In this document: positions 17,043 to 26,567 of the stretch, piece after piece
Numbering within the stretch: the stretch's first letter is position 1
How the letters are laid out: every line of letters begins with the position of its first letter
Assembly (NCBI GenBank): GCA_963702025.1
Contig: OY969699.1
Coordinates: 544,001-608,000 of the forward strand
Length of the DNA: 64,000 nt
Source of the DNA: an uncultured bacterium
Lineage (GTDB): Bacteria > Babelota > Babeliae > Babelales > Vermiphilaceae
Direction: 5' to 3'
Notes under the pieces: generated by a model
Seen by the model: only the letters and a program-made list of their open reading frames with translations
Told to the model about the DNA's origin: nothing
Databases searched by the model: none
Position numbers and translations under genes: made by a program

Positions 17043-19046
17043 ATGTTACATGGATTAAAAAAATTTCTTGAATATAAAGCATATAAAATGCGGCTTGAAT
17101 CATTGCAAATGACCACCAAGGCCGGATCGGGGCATCCAACATCGGCGCTTTCATGTGCTGATATCGTTGCGGCGCTCTTTTTTTATGCGATGCGATTTGA
17201 TCCGGATAATTTTAACAATCCCAATAATGACCATTTTATTCTTTCAAAAGGGCATGCATCGCCCGTTTTATATGCTGCATGGAAAGAGTTGGGTAAAATC
17301 ACCGAACAAGAATTGATGACATACCGGCAGTTTGGTTCTCGGCTTGAAGGACACGCAACATTGCGCTTTGCGTATGCGGAGGCGGCAACCGGCTCATTGG
17401 GGATGGGACTTTCTATCGGCGCAGGCATGGCGCTTGCCGGACGGCTAGATGAGCGGGATTTTTATACGTATGTTTTGATGGGCGATAGTGAAATTACCGA
17501 AGGATCTATTTGGGAAGCTGCTGAAATCGCTGCCTATTATAAAATGTCACGGTTGGTTGGCATTGTTGATTGCAATCGCCTGGGACAAAGCACACAGACT
17601 ATTCATGGCTATCACGCGCAACGGTATGCACAAAAATTTGAAGCATTTGGTTGGAAAGCATTGGTGATAGATGGCCATGATATGCAGCAAATTGTGGGCG
17701 CATTGGATAAAGCGCGCAATAGCCAGGAGCATCCTACGGTGATTATTGCCAAAACAATAAAAGGATATGGCGTTGATCGTGTTGAAAATAAAGAAGGATT
17801 TCATGGCAAAGCATTTAGCCCAAAAGAATTAGAGGAAATTTTGCCCGCTTTTGAGCAACGCTTTGCGGCAGTTGCCAATAATGGGCTCTCCTACCAATGG
17901 GCGCCGAATTTGCCACCTTATGATAATAACCGTTCGAATCCTTCGACGAGCTCAGGACGAACGGTGAGGGGAAGTGACAATAAGTCCGCTCGTGGTGACC
18001 CTTCGGCTTTCGCCTCAGGAGTAAACGCCCAGCCTGGCCGCCGAAGCCTTGGCGAAGGCTGGCTCGAACCATTCGAGCACATATTATCCATTAAGGAATC
18101 GCACTACAAAAAAGGTGAAGAAATTCCCACGCGCAAAGCATACGGCCAATCACTCACACAACTAGGAGCGGCCAGCAAAGAAGTGGTAAGTTTGGATGCG
18201 GAAGTAAAAAATTCTACGTTCGCCGATATATTTGAAGCAAAATACCCTGAACGATTTTTTCAGTGTTTTGTTGCTGAGCAAAATATGGTGGGCATGGGAA
18301 TTGGCTTTGCGCGGCGCCATAAAATACCATTTATTTCTACCTTTGCTTGTTTTTTTTCACGCGCACATGACCAAATTCGTATGGGTGCGATCGGCATGAG
18401 CCCGTTGCGGTTGGTGGGTTCCCATGCAGGAGTATCAATTGGCCAAGATGGGCCATCACAAATGGGATTGGAAGATATTGCCATTATGCGCGCATTGCCC
18501 GAATCGATTGTGCTCTATCCCAGTGATGCGGCTAGCACTCACGCATTGGTTGAACAAATGGCAAATTATCATCAAGGAATTTCATATTTGCGCACCACAC
18601 GAGGCCCAACGCCGGTTATTTATAATAATGATGAGAAATTTCCTGTCGGCGGATGCAAAGTACTAAAATCAAGCGGTGCGGATAAAGCACTCATTGTTGC
18701 TGCCGGCATCACGTTGCATGAAGCACTCAAAGCATACGATATGTTACTTGCAGATGGAATCACCGTCGCCGTGATTGATTTATATAGCATTAAACCGCTT
18801 GATGCCAAAACGCTTGAACAAGTTGCCACGCAATCGGGCGATCGCATTATTACCGCTGAAGATCATTATATTCAAGGAGGATTGGGCGAATCGGTTGTTT
18901 ATGCTTTGCGTAATACTGCCATCGAGATTCATTGCCTTGCCGTGACACAATTGCCCATGTCCGGAAAACCTGATGAGTTGCTTGCGTGGGCAGGCATAGA
19001 TGCGGCTGCGATGGTGAAAAAAGTAAAAAGTTTGATCAAAAAATAA
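17043..19046 (+). CDS. tkt: Transketolase with in-frame repeat insertion in the interdomain linker
   Basis: SGHPTSALS, LSKGHA, TGSLGMG, GDSE...N (ThDP motif), AEQNMVG and GQDGPSQM motifs. Confidence 0.95.
   Translation: MLHGLKKFLEYKAYKMRLESLQMTTKAGSGHPTSALSCADIVAALFFYAMRFDPDNFNNPNNDHFILSKGHASPVLYAAWKELGKITEQELMTYRQFGSRLEGHATLRFAYAEAATGSLGMGLSIGAGMALAGRLDERDFYTYVLMGDSEITEGSIWEAAEIAAYYKMSRLVGIVDCNRLGQSTQTIHGYHAQRYAQKFEAFGWKALVIDGHDMQQIVGALDKARNSQEHPTVIIAKTIKGYGVDRVENKEGFHGKAFSPKELEEILPAFEQRFAAVANNGLSYQWAPNLPPYDNNRSNPSTSSGRTVRGSDNKSARGDPSAFASGVNAQPGRRSLGEGWLEPFEHILSIKESHYKKGEEIPTRKAYGQSLTQLGAASKEVVSLDAEVKNSTFADIFEAKYPERFFQCFVAEQNMVGMGIGFARRHKIPFISTFACFFSRAHDQIRMGAIGMSPLRLVGSHAGVSIGQDGPSQMGLEDIAIMRALPESIVLYPSDAASTHALVEQMANYHQGISYLRTTRGPTPVIYNNDEKFPVGGCKVLKSSGADKALIVAAGITLHEALKAYDMLLADGITVAVIDLYSIKPLDAKTLEQVATQSGDRIITAEDHYIQGGLGESVVYALRNTAIEIHCLAVTQLPMSGKPDELLAWAGIDAAAMVKKVKSLIKK
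17932..18078. repeat. 147-bp nested palindromic repeat translated inside transketolase
   Basis: TCCTTCGACGAGCTCAGGACGAACGG...CCGCTCGTGGTGA[nested]TCGAACCA, bounded by GTTCGAAT/ATTCGAGC. Confidence 0.85.
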
Positions 19047-19111
19047 TTTACTGCAGTTCACATTAATGATACGATTGGCTCAATTAATGGAACTTTTTCC
19101 AAAGGAGTATT

Positions 19112-19432
19112 ATGCAAATAAAAAAGTTATTTTTAGGACTTGGATTAATAGCAGCGTCTGCATTTGCTATGCAAGATGAAAAAATGAGAGAAATTGTTGA
19201 AATACACTACTTGACCCTGTGTCATGAACATCCGAGCCGTGTGCCAGGCAATGATGAAGAGGTTCATGATATTATTAAGCGATTTAAAGGTGAAGCGGGG
19301 CAAAAATATGTCTGGGGATTATCTGCTACGTTTAAGACACTTCAAGATGCCAAAGATGCGGTGCGCGAATTGAATGCACTGGAACATATCCTTGCGCGGG
19401 CCCATTGGCTCTATCCAAATTTATTTGAATAA
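19112..19432 (+). CDS. Small secreted hypothetical protein
   Basis: AGGAG RBS. Signal peptide AFA-MQDE. Confidence 0.7.
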   Translation: MQIKKLFLGLGLIAASAFAMQDEKMREIVEIHYLTLCHEHPSRVPGNDEEVHDIIKRFKGEAGQKYVWGLSATFKTLQDAKDAVRELNALEHILARAHWLYPNLFE

Positions 19433-19484
19433 TGGAACAAGCACAAAGCTTTTTTTGTAAAATAACAGTGCTGTTTTGGTGATA

Positions 19485-20432
19485 TTAGTTTTTAACGGAA
19501 GTACATTTATTAGTGTTTTTTGTATTAATGCACAAACATTTGTTGCGGCAATCCCAATCAGTCGCTTTTGCAGATGAATGCCATGATTCAATCTCGGCAA
19601 GAATCTGAGGAATTTGTGCAAGAAACTCAAGTTGCACAAATTCAATATGCATCAATGAGCGATCATTCTTCTTGATTGCAACTTGTTCTATTTTTTTATC
19701 ATGTGGAAAAAAGCGTTCTGAAAAAAGTGGCACATGCTGCGTGCTATCTTCTTTTTGTAAGCCTTGCGGATCAACCACTTGCATTACATCAAGGATGGAA
19801 TAGAGCGAATAGACTTTACCAAATAATGGTGCGCTCGCGTATTCCATCGTTTGTGTTTGCACCGGGCAGGCGAGTAAAATAAGATCTTTGATAAAAAAAG
19901 ATGTATCGGCGGGATCTTTCACTTTTTCAAGCAAGAGCGCAATGTTGCCGCCATGGCTATGTGAGATTATGCGAATTTCCGGTTCATGGCCATAGGATGC
20001 TACATATTCGAGACGCAGCAGTTTTAATTCATCGTAAAACTTACGTGCGGCAATCTCTCGTTCTTTAAAAGAGAGCATTCCCGACCAACCAAATAAATAA
20101 AATGTTTGCGCTGGAAATAAATAAGGATCATTGGTGCTTAACGTGGCAGCAATTTTATGAAGGTGAAATTTTGGATCTATCGTTGCGTAGTGATGGAGGC
20201 CCGGCTTGCTATAGAAGAATTTTTGAAACATGCCTTTTGGCAGCAGGCGAGTACCATGGATCCAGACGGTAATTGGTGGGTCTTTTGCAAGAGGGCGTGC
20301 AGTGTCGATTGAGGTTGTGATAGGCACAGTTTTTTTAAGGGTGACTCGTTTTATCAAAGGTTTTTGGGATATTTGCATACACCCGGGTATAAACGATAGA
20401 ATAAGCCCAACAAAAGCGATCTTTTTAGTCAT
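19485..20432 (-). CDS. Putative lipoprotein alpha/beta hydrolase
   Basis: Lipobox-like IPGC, VWIHGT, SHSHGG elbow. Confidence 0.7.
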   Translation of the reverse strand: MTKKIAFVGLILSFIPGCMQISQKPLIKRVTLKKTVPITTSIDTARPLAKDPPITVWIHGTRLLPKGMFQKFFYSKPGLHHYATIDPKFHLHKIAATLSTNDPYLFPAQTFYLFGWSGMLSFKEREIAARKFYDELKLLRLEYVASYGHEPEIRIISHSHGGNIALLLEKVKDPADTSFFIKDLILLACPVQTQTMEYASAPLFGKVYSLYSILDVMQVVDPQGLQKEDSTQHVPLFSERFFPHDKKIEQVAIKKNDRSLMHIEFVQLEFLAQIPQILAEIESWHSSAKATDWDCRNKCLCINTKNTNKCTSVKN

Positions 20433-20500
20433 GATTGTAGTCCCCCTGCTATTATTTTAAGTCTAGCAAGGAAACGTGGTAATGCAAAGATATGGACATT

Positions 20501-20592
20501 ACACATCCTGAGTAAAAAATCGAAGATTTTTGTATCGAAGGATATTTGAACATGGTTCGATATAGCCCCTTCGGGGCTTACTCACCATGTGT
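20501..20592. repeat. Palindromic repeat doublet
   Basis: ACACATCCTGAGTAAAAAATCGAAGATTTTTGTATCGAAGGA ... TGGTTCGATATAGCCCCTTCGGGGCTTACTCACCATGTGT. Confidence 0.8.
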
Positions 20593-20597
20593 ACCCT

Positions 20598-21065
20598 TTA
20601 ACTGTCTAGCTCTGCTCTGCTAAAAATATCGCCGACCTGGCGAATAAATCCGCCATTATCAACATAGCCTTCAAAGCGATCACTTTGTTCCTCTTTGCCA
20701 CTGTGCATGTGGTAAACGGGAACTTTCTTTTTGTCTCTAAAATAGATAAAGGTTGGGTAACTAGTTATATTAAATTCTTTATGAAGGCCTTTTCCTTGCA
20801 CCACGCTCACCTTTATAAATTTTACATGAGGTAGTGCCTTGGCCGCATCTTCAAAAATATGTTTATTTTTGAATGCCCGGCACACAGGGCAGTCAGGATT
20901 ATAGAATTGAGCTACCACTAATTTATTGCCGGATAAGACAGTATCAAGCTCGGCAGGAGTAGCAACCTCTAGAATTGGGCTTTCAACAGCGGCATAGAGT
21001 AAGGTAGCAACTATTAGCGCTGCCGCTCCAATGCCGGTGCCGCGTAAAATTCGTATAATATTCAT
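20598..21065 (-). CDS. Exported thioredoxin-family protein
   Basis: CPVC motif, YPTF cis-Pro loop, N-terminal hydrophobic segment. Confidence 0.85.
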   Translation of the reverse strand: MNIIRILRGTGIGAAALIVATLLYAAVESPILEVATPAELDTVLSGNKLVVAQFYNPDCPVCRAFKNKHIFEDAAKALPHVKFIKVSVVQGKGLHKEFNITSYPTFIYFRDKKKVPVYHMHSGKEEQSDRFEGYVDNGGFIRQVGDIFSRAELDS

Positions 21066-21730
21066 TTGATTTCCTTTTCTTTAAGATACAACTGTAAGCC
21101 TTCTTGGGTTGGCGTAATGCCTTTTTGACCTTTTTCCCAATTGGCCGGGCACACTTGGCCATGTTCTTGTGTGAAAATTAGTGCATCAAGAGCACGCAAT
21201 ACTTCATTAATATCGCGGCCAATACTCGTATTGTAGACTGAAAGTGCTTGCACAATGTTATTGGCGTCAACGATAAATATGCCTCGTAGATCGATTCCTT
21301 TTTGCTCGTCCAGGGTAATATAAGAGCGAGCGATATTTTTAGTAACATCCGAGGCTATAGGATAAGTAATTCCTTTGATTCCTCCTTGATCGCGTGGCTT
21401 TTCTAGCCACGCAACGTGGGAATATATTTGGTCAACAGAAAACGCTATTAAAACAGTATTGCGTTTTTCAAATTCAGGTAGTTTTTCTTGGAATGCAAAA
21501 AGTTCTGTGGGGCAGATAAATGAGAAATCGGCAGGGTAGAAAATAAGTATTTTGTTTTTACCCTCAAAATCAGCTAAAGAAATCTCTTTAATTTCCCCAT
21601 TTACCACTGCTTCTGCTTTAAAATCAGGTGCCTTCTTGCCTACCAAACTGGTACATTCAACTGCATTAATAAAAGCAGTAGAAAACCCTAGACATAGCAC
21701 AATGAGCATGATTTTTGAGTAATGCTTCAT
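21062..21730 (-). CDS. ahpC: 2-Cys peroxiredoxin (AhpC/Prx1) with signal peptide
   Basis: FYPADFSFICPTE and QVCPANW motifs. Confidence 0.9.
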   Translation of the reverse strand: MKHYSKIMLIVLCLGFSTAFINAVECTSLVGKKAPDFKAEAVVNGEIKEISLADFEGKNKILIFYPADFSFICPTELFAFQEKLPEFEKRNTVLIAFSVDQIYSHVAWLEKPRDQGGIKGITYPIASDVTKNIARSYITLDEQKGIDLRGIFIVDANNIVQALSVYNTSIGRDINEVLRALDALIFTQEHGQVCPANWEKGQKGITPTQEGLQLYLKEKEIK

Positions 21731-21930
21731 TACTCTCTCCTTCGTTTTAAAAAAGACCTTTAAAAGGGTCTTTTATACTTATTAATAGTTTACTATTTGT
21801 AATGTTATTAAGGCAATAGATTGAAAAAATGGCGTATTTATAAGGTTTTTTAAGCAATCGAAGCTGTTTTATTTTATTTACAAGCTGAAATGTAATATGA
21901 TAGGCTAAAGATAAATAAGGAGAGATTCTC

Positions 21931-22779
21931 ATGAAATCAATTTGGAAGGGCACTATTTCATTCGGTTTGGTTAGCATCCCTGTTCGTATCTATTCGGCAA
22001 TTCAAGAGCATGTGATTGGATTTAAACTGCTCTGTAAAAAATGTCATACGCCGATAGTTTATGAACGGTGGTGCAAAAAGTGTAACAAAGAAGTTGCCTG
22101 GGCCGATATTGTTAAGGGCCTTAAGCTTGAAGATGGTTCATATTTTATTCTTACCCAAGAAAAATTAAAAGAATTAAAACCGGAAACCACGGATCGTATT
22201 GATATTGTTGAGTTTGTGCAAGCGGATCAAATTAAGCCGATTTACTTAGAGCATCACTATTATCTTGGGCCCGAAGATGAAAATGAGAAAGCCTTTTTCT
22301 TGTTCAAGCAGGCGTTGGCACAATCGAATAAAGTAGCGATTGGCAATTTTGTGATGCGTGATAAAGAATATGTCTGTGTGATTAATCCGTATGAAAACAC
22401 CATGTTGCTCACCACGCTTAATTATGCCTATGAAATTCGACCGCTTGAAGAAGTTCCACAATTGCCCAAAAAAGCAATGGAACTCAATGCGTCTGAGTTA
22501 AAACTTGCTGATCAATTAATTGACCGGTTAACTGTAAAAAAATTTAATCTTGCTCAATTTAAAGATACCTTTGCCGAACAATTAAAAGCAGCAATCAAAA
22601 AAGGCAAAAAGGAAAAAATCAAAGAGAAACCCAAAGAAAGAGCTGTTGCAGCCAAGAAAAAGAAGGGTGAAAGCTCTATTATGACTGCATTGCGTGCGAG
22701 CTTGCAGGCGCCAGGCAAGAAAAGCGAAGTTGCTCATGCCAAGGGTTCGACACGTAAAAAACTGCCAAAAAGAGCTTAA
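21931..22779 (+). CDS. ku: Ku protein (prokaryotic NHEJ)
   Basis: IWKGTISFGLVSIPV, DIVKG, LM/IMxALRASL motif, basic C-terminal tail. Confidence 0.95.
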   Translation: MKSIWKGTISFGLVSIPVRIYSAIQEHVIGFKLLCKKCHTPIVYERWCKKCNKEVAWADIVKGLKLEDGSYFILTQEKLKELKPETTDRIDIVEFVQADQIKPIYLEHHYYLGPEDENEKAFFLFKQALAQSNKVAIGNFVMRDKEYVCVINPYENTMLLTTLNYAYEIRPLEEVPQLPKKAMELNASELKLADQLIDRLTVKKFNLAQFKDTFAEQLKAAIKKGKKEKIKEKPKERAVAAKKKKGESSIMTALRASLQAPGKKSEVAHAKGSTRKKLPKRA

Positions 22780-22876
22780 AACAGCTTAATTCTTATAAAC
22801 GCCTCCTTGACAAATAAATTCCTACCTGTAATATATTGTTTATAAGCATTTCAGGTTCAAGGTCATGAGGAGGTTT

Positions 22877-24217
22877 ATGAATATTATATTAAAGCGAGTG
22901 CAAAAGGGGCTATTTATAGCTCTTTTAGCTATTTTTCCAGCTTTTGCTATGCACCAATTGCCTCAGAAGCTGGAGGCCTATTTTGACCTCTTGCCTGTTG
23001 ATCTGCGAATAGAGTTGTGCTCGTATCTTGCTCAAACACCCACAAATCCTAGAGAAAATCAATCATTTCAGCTTGCATCGGCGGCATCAACATTGAGTGA
23101 TTTTTTAAAACTTCCAAGTAATGCCAATCTCTTGAATAACAAAGAATTAACCAAAAAACTTATACAAGAACTTGCTGATCGCTATACCAAAGATCCTATC
23201 GAGGCGGCATTATTTTTAAATACTCCTGAATCAACGCTTTTTTTAGTAAACCGTCTCGGTTTTAATTGGAACGTATCAAGCAAAATTTTAGATATAGTAC
23301 CTCATCTAGAAGGAACTACCCTTAAAAAAGCAGTTGGATTAGCTAAGCATTGCAAGAAAATGCTTGATTTGCCGATAGCATTGAACTACGGGTGGCATGG
23401 TGCACATGATATAAATTATACTATAGATTATTTGGCAGCAGGTTTAGCAGTGGATTTTGATCAAAAAGAAATGATAGGCTATTTAAAATCGTATTATTAC
23501 TCTAATGTGATGAAATACCCAGATGATTGGGGAAGAAAATTTAAATACGAGCTCCAGGCCGCGGCATTACTTGGCGAATACGGGATCGGATGGCTGAAAA
23601 GAAAATTGGAACTGTTTAAAAAAGAAATCGAACTAGATCCCAAGGCACATTCTTATTTTGGTGAAAGGCTTGTCGATCCAATTATTTGTTTGCTAGTAGA
23701 TAATCCACATGACATATCAAAATTTTTAATTGAATCGATTGATACAAAATATTGGCGAATATTATTAGAAGTCGATGCTCGATATTCGAAAGGAAAACTT
23801 GCACAAGCAAGCTTAAAAGCGATGGTATTATATCAGAATAATCCTGAATTGCTTAAAGCAATTATTGATATGCTTCCTGATAAGCATAACGTTAATTGCG
23901 CTGAAATATTTTTAAACTATGTAAAAAAACATTCTATTATTGATTTGGCTTTATGGAAGGTCTTAGTAGCTGCTCCTAACATAGATTGCAATATTCAAGG
24001 TGAAGGAAAGACTCTTTTAATGCTTGCAATAGAACGTGGTAATAAAGATTTAGTAAAAATTATTCTGAGTAATCCATCACTAAATTTAGCTCGGTGTGAT
24101 GACAAAGGCCATAATGCGCTGTGGTATGCGCAGCAATTAACTATCAATAAATTTGAGATTATGGAAATCTTGAAAAAAGCTGGTGCGCATGAGAGGGAAG
24201 CATGCGACATCCAATAA
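22877..24217 (+). CDS. Secreted F-box-like/ankyrin protein with CaaX-like end
   Basis: Signal peptide AFA-MHQ, FDLLPVDLRIELCSYL, ankyrin repeats (GKTLLMLA, GHNALWYA), C-terminus CDIQ. Confidence 0.75.
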   Translation: MNIILKRVQKGLFIALLAIFPAFAMHQLPQKLEAYFDLLPVDLRIELCSYLAQTPTNPRENQSFQLASAASTLSDFLKLPSNANLLNNKELTKKLIQELADRYTKDPIEAALFLNTPESTLFLVNRLGFNWNVSSKILDIVPHLEGTTLKKAVGLAKHCKKMLDLPIALNYGWHGAHDINYTIDYLAAGLAVDFDQKEMIGYLKSYYYSNVMKYPDDWGRKFKYELQAAALLGEYGIGWLKRKLELFKKEIELDPKAHSYFGERLVDPIICLLVDNPHDISKFLIESIDTKYWRILLEVDARYSKGKLAQASLKAMVLYQNNPELLKAIIDMLPDKHNVNCAEIFLNYVKKHSIIDLALWKVLVAAPNIDCNIQGEGKTLLMLAIERGNKDLVKIILSNPSLNLARCDDKGHNALWYAQQLTINKFEIMEILKKAGAHEREACDIQ

Positions 24218-24324
24218 CAATAGGATTTCTTACACTTATTTTTTATTTGTCACCAACGCTAGAATCAAATAGTATTAAATTACCTGCCAGCAATTTTGAG
24301 ATAAAAAAAGAAACCGGAGAAATA

Positions 24325-25227
24325 ATGAAGTTAAAACCAATGCTTGCCAAGTTCGGTACTCTTGCCGATCTTGAAAAGGAAGGGTATTTGTATGAACCTA
24401 AGCTCGATGGCATTCGTGCATTGTGCCATGTTGATAAAGGAATGAAATTTATCACGCGCAATGGATTGGATATAACCCATCAATTTCCTGAATTTGATTT
24501 TCGTAAACTTATTAATGCGCAAACATGCATATTAGATGGCGAAATTATTGCCCTTAATAAAAAGGGAAACCCGGATTTTAATCTTTTACAAAACCGCGCC
24601 AGCAACGATGTGGATGCAACCTTTGTAGTCTTTGATATTCTTTGGAAAAATGGTGTTTCATTGGTAAATAAGCCATTACATGAACGGAAAAAAATTCTTG
24701 ATACAACAATAAAACCAAAAGGGACGCTTGAAAAAATTGTCTCAGTTGATGATGGCAAAAAGTTGTGGAAACTTGTTCGCAAACATCAGCTTGAAGGGGT
24801 TGTTGCCAAGGAGATTAAAGGTATCTATCATCCGGGCAAGCGTACTAACTCTTGGATCAAAATTAAAGCAATTCATTCAGTTGATTGTGTTATTATTGGA
24901 TTTACGCAAGAAAAACGGCACGTTTCATCGTTGGCGCTCGGTCTTTATAAAGATCATCATCTGTATTATGTGGGCAAAGTGGGCACAGGATTTACTTCTG
25001 ATGACATTCACATGCTCTATCAAAAATTGCAAAAAATAACGGTAAAAACTCCTCATGTGATTAATGCTGGTGATGCTGCCAAAGATATTATTTGGGCCAA
25101 GCCAAAAATGGTCGCTGAAATTGAGTATCTTATGCTGACCAAAGATAAACGTTTGCGCGCACCGGTATATCTTCACTTGCGGCTTGATAAAGAGCCCGCG
25201 CAATGCACATTCACACAAATTAGCTGA
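24325..25227 (+). CDS. ligD: ATP-dependent DNA ligase (LigD ligase domain only)
   Basis: LKPMLA, EPKLDGIR, LDGEI, VFDIL, EGVVAK, WIKIK, VGKVGTGF and LRAP motifs. Likely start at 24325 (GGAG RBS); the frame is open from 24202. Confidence 0.9.
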   Translation: MKLKPMLAKFGTLADLEKEGYLYEPKLDGIRALCHVDKGMKFITRNGLDITHQFPEFDFRKLINAQTCILDGEIIALNKKGNPDFNLLQNRASNDVDATFVVFDILWKNGVSLVNKPLHERKKILDTTIKPKGTLEKIVSVDDGKKLWKLVRKHQLEGVVAKEIKGIYHPGKRTNSWIKIKAIHSVDCVIIGFTQEKRHVSSLALGLYKDHHLYYVGKVGTGFTSDDIHMLYQKLQKITVKTPHVINAGDAAKDIIWAKPKMVAEIEYLMLTKDKRLRAPVYLHLRLDKEPAQCTFTQIS

Positions 25228-25229
25228 AT

Positions 25230-26567
25230 TTACGGGGTCTTTAATTCTTGATTGACCATCTGCTTAATGGCATCAAGCAAATCCCGTTCGGATGCCGGAA
25301 CGGCAGTTTCTAATTGATCCTTAACTCTTTGCCACGTACTCTTTTTGGATCCGTCTTGCTGCAAGAGCCAATTAAGAAGCATTGTTATTGCATTTTTAGA
25401 TTTACCTGTGAGATTTCCCTGCAAAACTTGAAGGAAATCAATAATCGTTTGCTGATTCGATGTCCATTCCGGGTATGCGGTTACTGCTGGCGGTTGTGCG
25501 GCAGGATTTGAGGGTTGTACAGTTGTTTTTTTTCCGGTTAATTCATCTCGAATCACCATCAATGTTTTTCCTAGGTTGTTGCCGCCATTATAATCTGCCC
25601 CGGCTCCCCAATCAGCGTCATTTGCGCCCGCATCTTCAACCAATATTTTATCACCGGTTCCAATAAGCAGTTTCTTTAAGTTATCATCTTGGGTGAATTT
25701 TGCCCGCACCGCTTTTTTCATCACATCATATTTATTAACGTCCCAGTTGCGATCCTTATATTGCGCATTCTGGTTATCTCTGCCAATATCAAACGCTTCT
25801 CGGGGCGTTTGCGCTGCACGTATTTTATCTTGCAGCCACGGTGTGTTGGGATATTTTTGGGCCTGGAAATAATGTTCAGTGGTTGCCCATTTTTTGCCAT
25901 CAATTTCTACCGGCTTTGGCAGGGCATAATAATTAGTAAATTCATAGTAAGGAGCACCTTTTTGATAAAAATAAAGATGGTTTGCATAATTTGGCCCCCA
26001 TGTGCCACCCGTTTTGGTGGTTGACGGCGTGCTTGCTTGACGCGTTTTATTGAGTTGGGCAACTATATCGGGCAAATTGTGTCGTAAAAAATTATACAGG
26101 CCACCGGAAATACTAATTTCTTGGCCCCTATGCATTATTGGATTTTGATTAATGATATCGGAAGCTGGCACCCATATAAAATCATCTTTGATGCGATTCT
26201 TTGCTTGGCTGTACAGTTCTGATCCGGGCTTAAAGTGAACTTGCACAAAATGAAAGAAATCACCCGCATCACTTTTTTTAAATGGCACGCCAATAAAGCT
26301 GACGTCATAGACATTATTTGTTTGTTCAGCCAATGCCTTTTGCGCAACGTCATTAGCTTTCTGGCCGCTTGCAGCGTCTTGTGCAAAATCGCTCCAATAA
26401 CTGGTGCCCTTATTATGTGCCAGTAAAATGTTCCATTGATTGGAATTTCTATCAAATGCCATCGGAATGGCGCGACCTTGCCAACGGCGCTCCATACAAT
26501 TATTCGCGGTGATCAGTGCCAGAAAATTAAGAAAAATGAGAATATGAGATATCCGTTTTGAAATCAT
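25230..26567 (-). CDS. Secreted protein with Nudix-like N-terminal domain and NADAR (YbiA) domain
   Basis: NADAR motifs FTNYY, TEHYFQAQK, KFTQ...LIGTG, LVED...DxDWG and GxNNLG. Confidence 0.85.
   Translation of the reverse strand: MISKRISHILIFLNFLALITANNCMERRWQGRAIPMAFDRNSNQWNILLAHNKGTSYWSDFAQDAASGQKANDVAQKALAEQTNNVYDVSFIGVPFKKSDAGDFFHFVQVHFKPGSELYSQAKNRIKDDFIWVPASDIINQNPIMHRGQEISISGGLYNFLRHNLPDIVAQLNKTRQASTPSTTKTGGTWGPNYANHLYFYQKGAPYYEFTNYYALPKPVEIDGKKWATTEHYFQAQKYPNTPWLQDKIRAAQTPREAFDIGRDNQNAQYKDRNWDVNKYDVMKKAVRAKFTQDDNLKKLLIGTGDKILVEDAGANDADWGAGADYNGGNNLGKTLMVIRDELTGKKTTVQPSNPAAQPPAVTAYPEWTSNQQTIIDFLQVLQGNLTGKSKNAITMLLNWLLQQDGSKKSTWQRVKDQLETAVPASERDLLDAIKQMVNQELKTP

Noticed and set aside
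17815..18072. Antisense ORF with LRQGFGGQA
   Set aside because: Reverse-strand reading of the repeat inside transketolase.
17932..18078. Intein or self-splicing intron in tkt
   Set aside because: Too short, with no C/S...HN intein ends or group I/II intron motifs. The sequence matches the intergenic repeat family.
14269..20592. Repeats as a CRISPR array or integron attC sites
   Set aside because: They are not regularly spaced with unique spacers, no cas or integrase gene is present, and they lack consistent RYYYAAC/GTTRRRY ends.
24202..24324. Signal-peptide-like extension on the DNA ligase
   Set aside because: A better start with a GGAG RBS lies at 24325, where ligase homology begins. The extension overlaps the upstream gene and is probably not translated, though this is not excluded.
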